64,000 bases of DNA, from contig OZ024742.1 in NCBI GenBank assembly GCA_964016885.1, forward strand, positions 180,854,001 through 180,918,000, in the 5' to 3' direction. The notes under the pieces are model-generated. The model was not told where the DNA came from, searched no databases, and saw only the letters and a list, made by a program, of their open reading frames with translations. The DNA is from Eledone cirrhosa. Its lineage: Eukaryota. Of this stretch, positions 13,001-26,221 are shown one piece after another. The stretch's first letter is position 1. The number at the start of each line of letters is the position of its first letter. The translations under genes were made by a program, and so were the position numbers.

Positions 13001-13297
13001 AAAGCACATGTTACAATGTCACAAAACCTTTCTTTACTTGCAAAGATAAACCCTTTCACATTTCTTCCTTTGGAAATCCTGCCAAGTTTCAGTTTCATGT
13101 GTTCTTGTTATCATACCTTCCAATATTATGTTGAAAATAAATAATATCAAAATAGTAATATAATAGATTTTCTGTTGGAATGTAATGTCATTTCTACAAA
13201 TATGGAATGTAAAAATAAAAATATAAACGTTCTTATGAATATCCCCGCATTGGAAATGTTATCAAATAATCTTCTTATTAAGAAAGTTATGGCAGAA

Positions 13298-13490
13298 AGG
13301 CGGTGGATTGGCAGTATCAGTAGAGGGTCGGACGCCATGCTTTCCAGCACAGTTACGTCCCTTTACGATCTGAGTTCAAATCCCGCCGAGGTTGACTTTG
13401 CCTTTCATCCTTACGGGGTCGATAAAATAAAGTACCAGTAATGCACTGGGTAATTGCTGGCCTTGTGCCTAAAGTAGAAACAATTATTAA
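13298..13490 (+). mobile_element. family A SINE with TSD
   Basis: TTATTAAGAAAGTTATG at ~13274 and ~13484. Confidence 0.9.
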
Positions 13491-15723
13491 GAAAGTTATG
13501 AGGTAACAAAATCAGGAGTGGACAGTAAACTGTAGTTATGTCACGATTACTAGGACTTAAAGGGTCGCTTCCTTTTTATGTCAGCCACCATCGAGATATC
13601 TGGTGTCCTCCATCCTTGAACTGCTGTTTTCCACAACGAAATCAGGAGGAAGGAATGATGTGATGTGGTGTGATTGATGCAGCCAGTATCGTTGGCTGTT
13701 CCCCATGTTAATACTTTTACTATCTTGTTCGCAATATGCTGCTTAGCATCATTTTTTCCCTTTCTTCCTATTTATTACATGAAATATTTATGCTAATTAT
13801 AAGACTGAAAATGAAACATTTTATATTTTCACAACGTGAAACTATTATTGCTTTCAAATGCAAACAAAATATAATTAACAAATCATGTATATATGTAAAA
13901 ATGATTTCCTTTTAAAAGTATATATATCGCAAGTGTATTGCAGGGAAAAAACAACATTTTAATTAAGTATGTGGAATTTCTATATCTAACGATATACAGT
14001 ATGTTTATGAATGTTTATTTGTAAGCATAGTACCATCCAGCAAATTCCAGCAGAGACAAGGAGGAAAACTAACTATGATCGTTTCTGACTGATGGTCGTT
14101 ATTGAATTCCAGCAGAAAGTGAGGTAAGAGAAGCACCGCCTTGTTAATTAGACATGAAATGTTACAAATTAAAATAAAAACATGTAAGTAAAAAAAAATA
14201 TCTTAAGGTGGATGCAGTCCGCAGTGAATATAAACTGGTTTTGTATTGAATAATAATACTTGGGCGATGATTTTAAATTCTAACAATTAAAGCTACATAG
14301 ATTTTTAATAGATACATTTTATGGCATAATTTCATCTTCAAGAAGATGCCTTACATTCATTCACCCTCAGTGAACATAGGCTTGACAAGGAGGTGTTAAT
14401 GTCCTCAGACAGAACTCAAAGTTCATTGACTATTTCCACTCTCAACCATAGCACTATCTCGCTGGTGGGTCAGCAGTTGTGGCAAAATTACTGCCAATTT
14501 TTGTCGCCTGGCTTCAGCCTTATCTCCTTTCTCCTTTCCAAACCTAACAAAGGACCCTTTCTGTTGCCTCACCCATCCTGCGAACTGCAGCCTTCTTCTC
14601 TCTTCCTAGATTCTATGTTACCCACCAGATACATACCACAAAAGATATAAAGTAAAACAAGTCACACACTTCAAGATTATACCCAATCACTCCAAGCATA
14701 AATCCAAAGTAACATGATTTTGACAAATATTATGAATCTCTACTATGGTAGTACTCATTCTTACAAATGTCAAAACTAAAACAAACATTATATTATGATG
14801 ATGATAAAGAGGTGGAAGATGATGATGATAAGAAGGATGATGATAATGATAAACACACAGCTATCTCTTGTACCGAATTCCTGCCACAAAATACCACTTT
14901 TAGTAATTGGGTAACTCAGAGCTATAACAGAAGACACTTGCCCAAGGTGATGCACAGTAGGATAAAAGTCCAAATCACATAGCTACAAAGGGAAATTCTT
15001 ACCTGCTTCCCCACTCACCATCCTGGCCATATGTTGCTATTCTTGAATGAATAGCAAAATTGAATGGAGATATGAAGGCTGTGGAGTAATGTGAATTTAT
15101 CAGTGTTGTATTGAAGAAGCATCTACATGTAGGAAGAATATATCTGTAGTACAAGAGACAATAGAAAAAGATACCATCTATAGATGTCATCATTGGTGGT
15201 GTTGTTGTTTTTGGTCATTGCTGCTGTTGTTCTCATTGATGTTGTCAACTTCATTGTTTTTGTTGTTGTTGTTGTTGCCATTATTGTTTCTGTTACTCTT
15301 ATTGTTGTTGCTTTTGTTGTTGCAGTTGTTGTCACATGTACACATGACCAAACAGCATTCCTAACATGGTCTTTTGTTTTTTTGTTCAGATACTGTGTTT
15401 CTAGAACTATATTATCAAATTCAGTTTTCGTTTTTTAAGATGATGGAGTGTGATATGAGGAAGATTTAGTTGCTACTTTTAGTAGTTTGAGTGACGACAT
15501 AGAACAGGCATCAACAACCTCTTTTTGTAATGGCCCATTTGTGATTCTTTTAGACTTATCAAAGGCACATGTATAATATACTATCTACATCAATACTCAT
15601 CTTTTTCCATTTCTTAGAGGGTTGTAAACCCCACTATCAGACTAAAATTTATTTAGTCAAAAAATACGACAAAAGCTTGTATTTCTAATTTCAAACTCGC
15701 TCATTGTTTCAAAACATACTAAA

Positions 15724-15900
15724 TTGGCAGTATCAGTAGAGGGTCGGACATGCTTTCCAGCATAGTTACGCCCGTTTACATTCTGAGTTCAAATCCCGCC
15801 GAGGTTAAATTTGCCTTTCATCATTACGGGGTGAATAAAATAAAGTACCAGTAATGTACTGGGTAATTGCTGGCCTTGTGCCAAAAGTAGAAACAATTAT
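15724..15900 (+). mobile_element. family A SINE
   Basis: Same head, core and tail as other copies. Confidence 0.9.
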
Positions 15901-16675
15901 ATATTATATTTTATATCGTTTGCTATAAAAAAAGGAAAAAGATAAAATTAAAAATAGCCAAAATAAGGGAAAGCAATGAGGAAACAGCAAGTTCTACAAG
16001 CCAGTCTATGTTTTATATCTCAGCTGTGCTCTGTGAACAAAATGGTAAAGGCATTGTTGCAGAGAACAGCCAGCTGCTCCTGCTGCATCAGATACTCCAC
16101 CTTAGAGGGCACTTTCCTCATGTGGAATGTACTCCTCCCAATATTTCTAAAATAATTACATACTATAAAGTAAAGGGGTGTGACTTTGTGTTTAGTGTAT
16201 TTTACTCATGATCCTACAATCATGCATTTGATTCCTGATGGAATACTCATTGTCAGAACCAACAAAAATCCAACAGCAATATCATATTTTACATATAAAA
16301 TACAAAACCTTCTGAGGCCCATTGAAAATGGCCCACTTGTGAGTCGTGATCTGCCTATTATTAAACCCTAACATAAAGACTCCATCAATATCCTATAGCA
16401 GATCTAATCAGTTCAATAGCAATAAAAAGAGATATTACATAACTCTACTTTTCTCTACAAATTCATTACAGATGCCATTAGAATTATAATGATCTACTTA
16501 AAAAAAATCAATAATGATAATTATAAATCAACGATGATAATCATAAATCGATAATGATAATTATAAATCAACAAAGTGTAAATATGATAATCAATAAAGG
16601 ATAAATATAAATTAAGAATTATTCTTCAAATCATAATATTCAAACAAAGAAAAAAAATTTGCCCAAAACTCCCAT

Positions 16676-17292
16676 ATCATCATTACCATTGTTTAACGTT
16701 CATCCCTATGTGAGGGATCGGGTTGGGGGACCATGATTCGCTCACACAGAACTGATTTGGCTTGGTTTCTATGGCTGGATGCCCTTATTAACACCCACCA
16801 CATTTACAGTATGTGCTAGGTGCTTTTTGCTGTGTCACCTACATGACCACGTTAGAGTGTGGACTGGTTGATTTTTATCGTGACACCTACACAACCACTT
16901 TACATTGCGGACTGGGAGCTTGCTTTTGTCATGACACCTACATGACAACTATCGTGGGTTGGGCTCTTTTGTCCAGAGGGGATCACTTCATAGAGGAGGT
17001 TGGAAACCTTGGAGGGTGGGGAAGATGCTTTGGGAAATTGGGTACATAGATATAAGGGAGGTTTATGGGAGAGGAGATGTTAGGGAATGGTGTTACCTAC
17101 TATGTATATGTCTCAGCCTGAGAATAATAGAGAGTTGGTCTTTTGTAATACTACATAGCACGAGAGGTCATGGTCCTGTGTCATCACCTTAGTGAGGTGT
17201 AATTTAGCAAAGTCAGCTGTTATTACCTTATCCCAAATCTTCCTAGGCCTGCCCAATCCATGGCTACCATCAACTTTGAGGGTTCTGCACCT
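16676..17292 (-). mobile_element. RTE LINE 3' end with long 3'UTR (subfamily of 27755-29638)
   Basis: ORF2 end (KVDGSHGLGRPRKIWDKVI) at 17190-17290; tandem ~45-bp units and GGATGCCCTT motif at 16777-16950. Confidence 0.7.
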
Positions 17293-19470
17293 TTAAAAAT
17301 AATAATAATAATGAAATTATACTGTACAATGTTCAGGTACACTACAACTCATCAAAGGTGCATGCATACTACATAGATTAATGTACAAATGTCAGGAAAG
17401 TGAACAGTGTATGAGTCATGATATACATGTGTATGTGTATGGAGGAGGCATATCAGGTGTAGTGTTCGCAAATTTCAGGAAGCATGGAGGTTTTAAAGGA
17501 TGCAATGTCATGGCAGCTAACAACTGATGCAGGTAGTTTGTTACATGCTTCAGCAACTCTGAGCGTGAAAAAATGTTTCCGAAAGTCATGGGAGCTGTGC
17601 TGTTTTCTGACTTTCTAGGCATGCCCACGTGTGTTTGACACATGGGATTCAAAAAGGTTCTCAGGGTTGTTGTTGGAAAGATGGTTAGTAATTTTGTGGA
17701 TGTTTACCAAGTCAGTTGCCAGACGTTGGAGCTTCAATGTACCCATGCCCAGGGAAGCAAGGTGTTCAGATTATGGTAGATGGAGGGTATTTGCTTGGTT
17801 GCACGTCCCTGAACAGTTTCCAGGAGGTCAATGTTCTGAGCAAGATAGGGTTTCCAGACTGGCGATGCAAATTCTAAGTCTGGCCCCACCATAGCTATAT
17901 ACAGCTTTAAATAGATAGCTGGAGAGCAGCTGACAAAGATCTTGCTGACTGATGCTAAGACACCCATGGCCTTCTTGACAATTTTAGAGATGTGCTTTGT
18001 CCAAGACAAATCATTGCTGACCATAATGCCCAGGTCACGTTCACAAGAAGACTTCTTGATATTATTATTGTGGAGGTAATATGTGGATGCTGGGGTTTTC
18101 CTCCCAAAATGTATGGTGGTACACTTGTCCACAGCCAGCTTGAGTTGTCAGTCCATGATCCATTGCTGCATTGTATCCAGGTCTGATAGCAGGAAAGGTC
18201 TATAGTGTTCAGGATCTGTCCTTTTTATCTCAAGTTACAGCTCGATATCATCTGCATATTTCAGCACTGTGCCATTCTTTAAGTTGGCATCTATATCATT
18301 AATATATGCAACAAACAAAAGGGGACCAATAATAGATCCCTGTGGTACACTAGATGACATCTCATATGGTGAAGAATGCTGTCCTAGAACCGTGACTACC
18401 TCTTATCGACTGAGAATGAAAGACTTCAACCAGTTAAAAAGATCATCTTTCGCACCCATTGCAGAGAGTTTTGCCATAAGTCTTTTGTGTGGCACAGAAT
18501 TAAAAGCTTTAGCAATGTCAAGGTAAACAACATCCACCCATGAGCCACCATCAGTGATCTGGGCGATGTCTTCAATAAATTCGAAAATTTGGTCACAGTA
18601 GCTGGAGTTAGGGATAAATCCAAATTGCGAGGCTGGTTAAGACTGTAAGAATTCCAGAAGTTCCAAAGTGATTCTCTGACACAGGATTCCAACAGTTTGG
18701 CATTGCATCTAATAAATCTGACTGGATGATAGTTGACAGGTGACATCCTGTCACCCTTTTTGAACAGAGGAATGACACTGGCAATTGTCCACTGCTCCGG
18801 AGTAGCACCGTTGTTAAGACAGAATTGAAAGAAGAGTGAAAGTTGGTGCAGAAGAAAGTACCCACCACATTTGAGAAGCAGATACGTAACACCAGCAAGA
18901 CCAGGAGAGGCATAGTTGCGCTTATTCTTTGGGTGACGTTGCAGCATTGCAGATGTAAATTCCATAGTTGTTATAGAATTTGATGTCAGAGGTGGTGGAG
19001 ATGGTACAGTTTGGTTTTCAACAGTAAAAATGCCTGCATAGCATTCAACATGGAGTTCTGTGCAGTTTTGAGGATCGTCAGTAATCTGGCTTGTGTGGGG
19101 GATTGCGAAAAGGACCAGCTGGAGAGTGAGATCTATATTTTGAATGTACATATTTCCAGAACACTTTACTGTCAGGGTTGGTTGCTATGTGCTGTTCAAA
19201 TTCAAGCACTGCCCTTTTTGTCACCTGCTAGAGATAATTGGATGATTAATTGCGCATTTTTTTGTTTATTGATATCTGATTTATGCAGTTTGTATTCCCA
19301 TTCAGCATTATGACGTTCTTTCCTGGCAAGTCTCCCAAATTTCACTTTTGGTATGATTTTGTGCTTACATGGAACTGATGACGCACATGCTGTCCATATT
19401 GAGTTTCAAAATGGTATTGTGTGTATCTTTGCTTTTAGAATAAGTACACCATATTCCAGCTTGTCATGAG
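17293..19470 (-). mobile_element. CR1-clade LINE, 5'-truncated, frameshifted
   Basis: Co-linear with 58925-61100; VPQGSIIGPLLF, KYADD, (AAT)n tail. Confidence 0.9.
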
Positions 19471-19949
19471 AGGCAATTAAAATGGTTATACTATGCTACC
19501 CATACCAGCATGCCCAAAAGTGGACATAAAGGCAATGATGATGATGATGTGTTGGCTTCTACTGATGTTGGCTTAATTGTTGATGCATAACTGATGTTGT
19601 TGTTGAGTATTTCTTTGTGAACTCTGAAGGATGTAAACAGTTTCTGATGGTCAAAACTTGAATTAAGCTGTTCATCTTTTTCAGTCAACTGAGAAATAAG
19701 GCACTTTTACATGTATAACATATGCAAAGATTGTTTACTTACACATTTATTGCAACTTCATATAAAAACCTATGCTATCTGTATAGAATAAGCTGCAAAT
19801 TGGCAGAGTTATTAGAATGTCAGATTGGAATTCGTTCAGACCTCTATATTCAATTCCGCTGAGGTCAACTTTACCTTTCATGCCTGCAAAGCCATTGAAA
19901 AACGTACCAGTCCAGTACTGGGGTTGATTCTTCCTCGATATCTTTTTTT

Positions 19950-20370
19950 ATATACATACATAGAAAGGCTTGACACAACTTTCTTGCCTGTGCAGTGGTG
20001 TTTTAAGACGGGGTGCAATGTGCGTGTATCCGAATCCACCCTTTACACCTGCCGTTGGTCTGTCATGGCCAGGCAATCCAGGACTGTGCCAGTGTTGTCC
20101 ACAGGTCATACATTTTACCTTGGAGTGTCCTTCTCCTAGGCAGTTGCTAACCATGGCTAAGGAGTCTGCCTCTACTTTAACGATAAAAAAAAAACAATGT
20201 TTTTGGATGGCCGTTTTATTTTTCATCTCACACGCAGGGAGTTCAAAAATATCACCCTCCTCATCAAGCAAGCATGGTGGGGTTGTTAGTAAAGTTGCTG
20301 ATGAGCCAACCATGTGACATGTTGTACTGGGTTACATGTTACCAGTAGTACTCGAGAGTGACCTGACATA
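19950..20370 (-). mobile_element. non-autonomous RTE-5'UTR-derived repeat
   Basis: Minus strand CCTTAGCCATGGTTAGCAACTGCCTAGGAGAAGGACACTC resembles the RTE 5'UTR motif also at 25721-25765. Confidence 0.45.
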
Positions 20371-20429
20371 CATACATATATACATATGTGAATACATACA
20401 CAGAAACAGATGCAGGTGTACACATAAAC

Positions 20430-20605
20430 ATAAAATATACAGATCTAGGCATGCAAAGGCACCCATAACCTGTATATACACACATGTAGACAAGGATATG
20501 TATTTACCTAGCTGATGTCATCCAAATTCCAATTAAAGTGTCTTCTATGTTAGAAACCAGCACTCTCTATTGATGAAAATTTATGAAATAATAAAACCAG
20601 AACAT
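20430..20605 (+). mobile_element. R4/Dong-like LINE 3'UTR fragment
   Basis: TATTTACC..GCTGATGTCATCCAAATTCCAA...TTCTATGTTAGA...AAAACCAGAA matches 31110-31212. Confidence 0.65.
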
Positions 20606-20622
20606 ACATATACATACATAAT

Positions 20623-20688
<66 letters not shown>

Positions 20689-20896
20689 GCACATATATAT
20701 ATATATATATATAAATTTTATATACACACATATATGTGCATAAAAATTAATATACAAGAGAGACAGCAGAAAATGGCAGGATGAATATGTAGTTTTAATA
20801 TAATTATTCATTCAGAAAACACACACACACAAACATATTCATATATACAGACATACATATAAACACACACACACACACATATATATATGTGTGTAA

Positions 20897-20939
<43 letters not shown>

Positions 20940-20946
20940 CACACAT

Positions 20947-20981
<35 letters not shown>

Positions 20982-20989
20982 GTATATAT

Positions 20990-21022
<33 letters not shown>

Positions 21023-21212
21023 ATGTAGATAAATCTACCAAGAGTTTACGGTAGTGTCCAATCCGTATGAAGAACTCAATGTATTCCGGATATCATGGAA
21101 AGAAGAGATGTAATGAAAATCCACTTTCAGTGAAAGATAAACGGTATACAGAGTCAAGATAAAATATTAAACAAATAATGAACAAACAATTCCTTATATT
21201 AAACAAAAAAAG

Positions 21213-21367
21213 TTCACCATTTAACGATCGTTTCTAGGGTATATATTTGTTATAATTGGTATGCATATTCAACAGATCTATGTACAAAATTATACAAAAT
21301 TATACAAATTATCAAGATTAAATATACATACCTAACACATATATACGCCGTCTTCAGAAATAATGAA
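21213..21367 (-). ncRNA. type I hammerhead ribozyme with long helix II (mirror copy)
   Basis: Reverse complement of 23939-24093 with one substitution in helix II. Confidence 0.75.
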
Positions 21368-22188
21368 GTATATTTATTGATAATAACAACAATTCAAAAT
21401 ATCAGTTCAAAATTGACCAATGAAAACACAAAGGGTTAAAAGCAGTTTGGTGTGTGTATATACATGTAAAATCCTTACACATATTTTACAATAATGTGTG
21501 TATAATTTGTATGTGCATACTAAAAAGATGGATGCAAACACAAAATTTCAAGGTTAATATCTCTGTAAGCTTAATGCGCTGATAAGATGCGCAATGATAC
21601 TTATGGAGTCAAGCATATAAATATATTTTTTTCATACTCACACATATCAGTATAATCACACATACATGCGCGTATATGCATAAATATACACATAACCACG
21701 AACATACAAACACACACACTCCCCCACTCACATTTATATATGTGGATATAAAATCATAAGCAAATAGAAATTAAGTCACTCACATAAAACACTGGCACAC
21801 ACATTTCAAGATCAAGATACAGAAATTAGGTGGGAGGGGGGGGAAGGGGTCAGTATTAGATTGTCAGAGCAGACTGCCTAATATAAATGTATCTATAAAT
21901 TAAGAAAAATAAAAAAATAAAAACAATAAAATATAATAAATATAATATAATGTACATACACATACAGATATACATACACATACATACATGTACGCGCACA
22001 TAGAGATATTTACGCATACACACATACACACATATGTATACAGTCATACACACACATACACTTACACGAACATACACATACACATATAAAAAGATATATA
22101 TACACACACACACACGCGCAACACATACACACATACACATATATATAAAAAATAGATAATAAAGATATATATCCATACATACATATAT

Positions 22189-22245
<57 letters not shown>

Positions 22246-22472
22246 CATACACATACATACCCATACATGTATATATAAGAGTAATGAAATATATATATAT
22301 ATATATATATGTGCATGTCTGTTTTTTATGTGTGTGTATATATATATATGTATGTGTATATATATATATATATATATATGTATACGTGTGTGTATGTGGA
22401 TATATATATATATATACATGTGGGTGTTTGTATGTGTATTTATGGTGGTATGAGTGTGTGGATATATATGTT

Positions 22473-22503
<31 letters not shown>

Positions 22504-22510
22504 GAGTCTA

Positions 22511-22567
<57 letters not shown>

Positions 22568-22833
22568 GTATGTGTATGTATGTGTGTGTGTATGTATATA
22601 TATGTGTGTGTATGTATGTGTATATATATATATATCTCTATTAATGCGTGTGTGTATGTATATACATATGCGTTTTTTTATTATTATTTTCATTTGTATG
22701 TCTGAGTTTGGTGAGGTGGTATTGTTTTTTATGTGTATACACATATATGGAAGCGTATGTATTTATTTATATGAGTATAAGTAGGTGCATATGTATGTAT
22801 GATTATATATCTAATTCTATGTATGAAGGTACA

Positions 22834-22869
<36 letters not shown>

Positions 22870-22908
22870 TGTGTATGTAAGTTGTGTGTGTATGTATCTT
22901 TATGTCTA

Positions 22909-22969
<61 letters not shown>

Positions 22970-23056
22970 CGATGTGCGTATATGTATGTACATGTATATA
23001 CATGTATATGTGTATGTGTGTGTATGTATATTTAGATGTATGGGTATGTATGTGTA

Positions 23057-23117
<61 letters not shown>

Positions 23118-23938
23118 ATATATGTATGTATGGATATATATCTTTATTATCTATTTTTTATATATATGTGTATGTGTGTATGTGTTGCGCGTGTGTGTGT
23201 GTGTATATATATCTTTTTATATGTGTATGTGTATGTTCGTGTAAGTGTATGTGTGTGTATGACTGTATACATATGTGTGTATGTGTGTATGCGTAAATAT
23301 CTCTATGTGCGCGTACATGTATGTATGTGTATGTATATCTGTATGTGTATGTACATTATATTATATTTATTATATTTTATTGTTTTTATTTTTTTATTTT
23401 TCTTAATTTATAGATACATTTATATTAGGCAGTCTGCTCTGACAATCTAATACTGACCCCTTCCCCCCCCTCCCACCTAATTTCTGTATCTTGATCTTGA
23501 AATGTGTGTGCCAGTGTTTTATGTGAGTGACTTAATTTCTATTTGCTTATGATTTTATATCCACATATATAAATGTGAGTGGGGGAGTGTGTGTGTTTGT
23601 ATGTTCGTGGTTATGTGTATATTTATGCATATACGCGCATGTATGTGTGATTATACTGATATGTGTGAGTATGAAAAAAATATATTTATATGCTTGACTC
23701 CATAAGTATCATTGCGCATCTTATCAGCGCATTAAGCTTACAGAGATATTAACCTTGAAATTTTGTGTTTGCATCCATCTTTTTAGTATGCACATACAAA
23801 TTATACACACATTATTGTAAAATATGTGTAAGGATTTTACATGTATATACACACACCAAACTGCTTTTAACCCTTTGTGTTTTCATTGGTCAATTTTGAA
23901 CTGATATTTTGAATTGTTGTTATTATCAATAAATATAC

Positions 23939-24093
23939 TTCATTATTTCTGAAGACGGCGTATATATGTGTTAGGTATGTATATTTAATCTTGATAATTT
24001 GTATAATTTTGTATAATTTTGTACATAGATCTGTTGAATATGCATACCAATTATAACACATATATACCCTAGAAACGATCGTTAAATGGTGAA
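23939..24093 (+). ncRNA. type I hammerhead ribozyme with 116-nt helix II
   Basis: Stem I UUCAUUAUUU/AAAUGGUGAA (2 GU); CUGAAGA 23949-23955; helix II UAUAUAUGUGUUA/UAACACAUAUAUA plus GGUAUGUAUAUUUAA/UUGAAUAUGCAUACC; GAAAC-GAUC-GUU; predicted cut after 24083. Confidence 0.8.
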
Positions 24094-24138
24094 CTTTTTT
24101 TGTTTAATATAAGGAATTGTTTGTTCATTATTTGTTTA

Positions 24139-24182
<44 letters not shown>

Positions 24183-24189
24183 CACACAT

Positions 24190-24245
<56 letters not shown>

Positions 24246-24453
24246 CAAGAAAACGAAAAATCAGTGATGCATCTGGACTTAGTTTATTTCGTGTTACAAA
24301 TGTTTCGCCGGCATGTAGCTCGAGTCATGGTCCTTGTATGGATCTGGCTGATTCTACTTCTACGGGTTCTTTCAGACACATCTTTTATGTCCGGAGCAAA
24401 TTTTATCACAAATTTTGGCATACCGCCTACGGAAGCACCATAGCTACCACTAT

Positions 24454-24508
<55 letters not shown>

Positions 24509-24797
24509 AAAAAATGGGGAGAAGAATATTGCAGGTTGCACATGGATAACATGTTATAAAATGAGTCCCTCATCAGTGATTTGCCAACGATCATAGATAT
24601 TTCATTGCATTAAAAATCATATACCTCACGTTGGTGCAATAATAACTAAATTAAATTATTAGGACAATTAAAACGCGTAAAGCGAGTGAGACAAGTAAAC
24701 AACAAAGAGGAAAGCTAACCGTAGATAGGAAGGGAACAAGCTACATAGTTATTCTGTTAGCATAAGCTAGGTGAATATATGAGCGCTTAGAAAAAAG

Positions 24798-24828
<31 letters not shown>

Positions 24829-25639
24829 TATATATTTATATATGCATATATACATATATATATATTTTTATACACATATATATATATATATATATTTATA
24901 TATGCATATATAAATATATATATATGCATATATACATATATATATATATTACATTTACTCACTTCAATCTATGTTTTTTTACTCACCTCAATCCGGATTC
25001 TCATTTGAAAAATTTTTTTATTTCTAATTGTTAATTTTTTAATTGTTTCATTTATAATTTTTGATTTAGGATTTTAATTTTTATTTCCAACTCTCACTCA
25101 TAACTTCCAATGTAAAACCATGATACCTAGAATTAAGTTTATTTTCTCTTGGGAGTTGATGGTCAGTCGTACTGTCCATGCTTGGTGAGAGGTAGTATTG
25201 TGAGCTGTAAAACTAACACTCTCCCATCCCCTCTGGCTTTTGGCTGACTGCCACAGACAGGACGGGTAGCAGTAAACTATGGTACAGGCCTAAATGGGTC
25301 ATTGTTTGTCTGAGAGGGTGAACCGACTAAGCGAATTTCGTTGATATCTACGGTAGCTAATGGTCAACTTCCTTCGGACATGTGCCTGCGCAGACCAGTG
25401 GGGGTGAATTGGTACTCACAGCGGAACAGATGAAGAACCCAAAAGCACACACTTCGTCCGTTCCCATGTCGATTCAACTTGGATTGCCTCGGAAACATAA
25501 CCTTATTATGTAACAAGCTGTTTGATGATGTCACGACACTCGCACACAGAACAGTGTGGCCAGTATCGTCATTGAAATATATATCACAGCATTATTAAAG
25601 GACTTGAACATCTGAAACTACTTCGCTTTTACTTATTCT

Positions 25640-25705
<66 letters not shown>

Positions 25706-25718
25706 ATATAGAGAGATG

Positions 25719-26120
25719 ACCCCTTAGCCTTTGTCAAGGCAGAATTCTAGGAGAAGGAAAACTCTGATATAACACCTGCAACCCTGAAGGTATCCAATGA
25801 TGTTGACTTGTTCTTCTTTTTGGTAAATATCATCTTGGTTAAGAGAGTGGGACTGGCTTTGTGCAGTGCCTTTGCTCACTATAAAAGCTTCACGGCACAG
25901 GCATTGCTTTATATCTGGAGATCTCTCTACACTTGTCGTCACATGGTACCATGGGCCCAGCACTATGTGTCAGTAATTGTCGCAAGTGTAGTGTTTGTAC
26001 CAGAGTTTTCAAGTCGCTGGCTGGTCTAAAAAGTAACACTCGTTCAGCGCATCGGTAGGGGTTCTCCTACATGGATATAAAGTAGTGGCCGTACTCGAAA
26101 ACGAGTTGGCAGCCACCATA
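25719..26120 (+). mobile_element. bipartite non-autonomous RTE element (5'UTR motif fused to 3' end)
   Basis: CTAGGAGAAGGAAAACTCTGAT 5' motif, then C-terminal zinc-finger remnant CSVCTRVFKSLAGLKS and terminal hairpin ACTCGAAAACGAGT; flanked by TA-rich repeats. Confidence 0.6.
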
Positions 26121-26146
26121 TATATAAATATATATATGTATGTATG

Positions 26147-26219
<73 letters not shown>

Positions 26220-26221
<2 letters not shown>

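Larger units (their letters stand above)
21022..24147. mobile_element. 3.1-kb palindromic Penelope-like non-autonomous element
   Basis: Near-identical inverted arms 21159-22268 / 23036-24147, 767-bp spacer, unpaired 137-nt tail 21022-21158, one HHR per arm, embedded in (TA)n. Confidence 0.85.

Noticed and set aside
13500-14350. Unique-looking segment with a GAG/GTAAG donor-like site at ~14122; possible host exon
   Set aside because: No recognisable peptide in the frames I translated; cannot be supported without RNA-seq or conservation data
20295-20365. CTGATGAG as a possible hammerhead core
   Set aside because: No downstream GAAA or compatible stems
21159-24147. Foldback/MULE DNA transposon interpretation of the palindrome
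   Set aside because: Ends are asymmetric (one-sided tail), no short TSD is evident, and hammerheads are present; a Penelope-type origin fits better but is not proven
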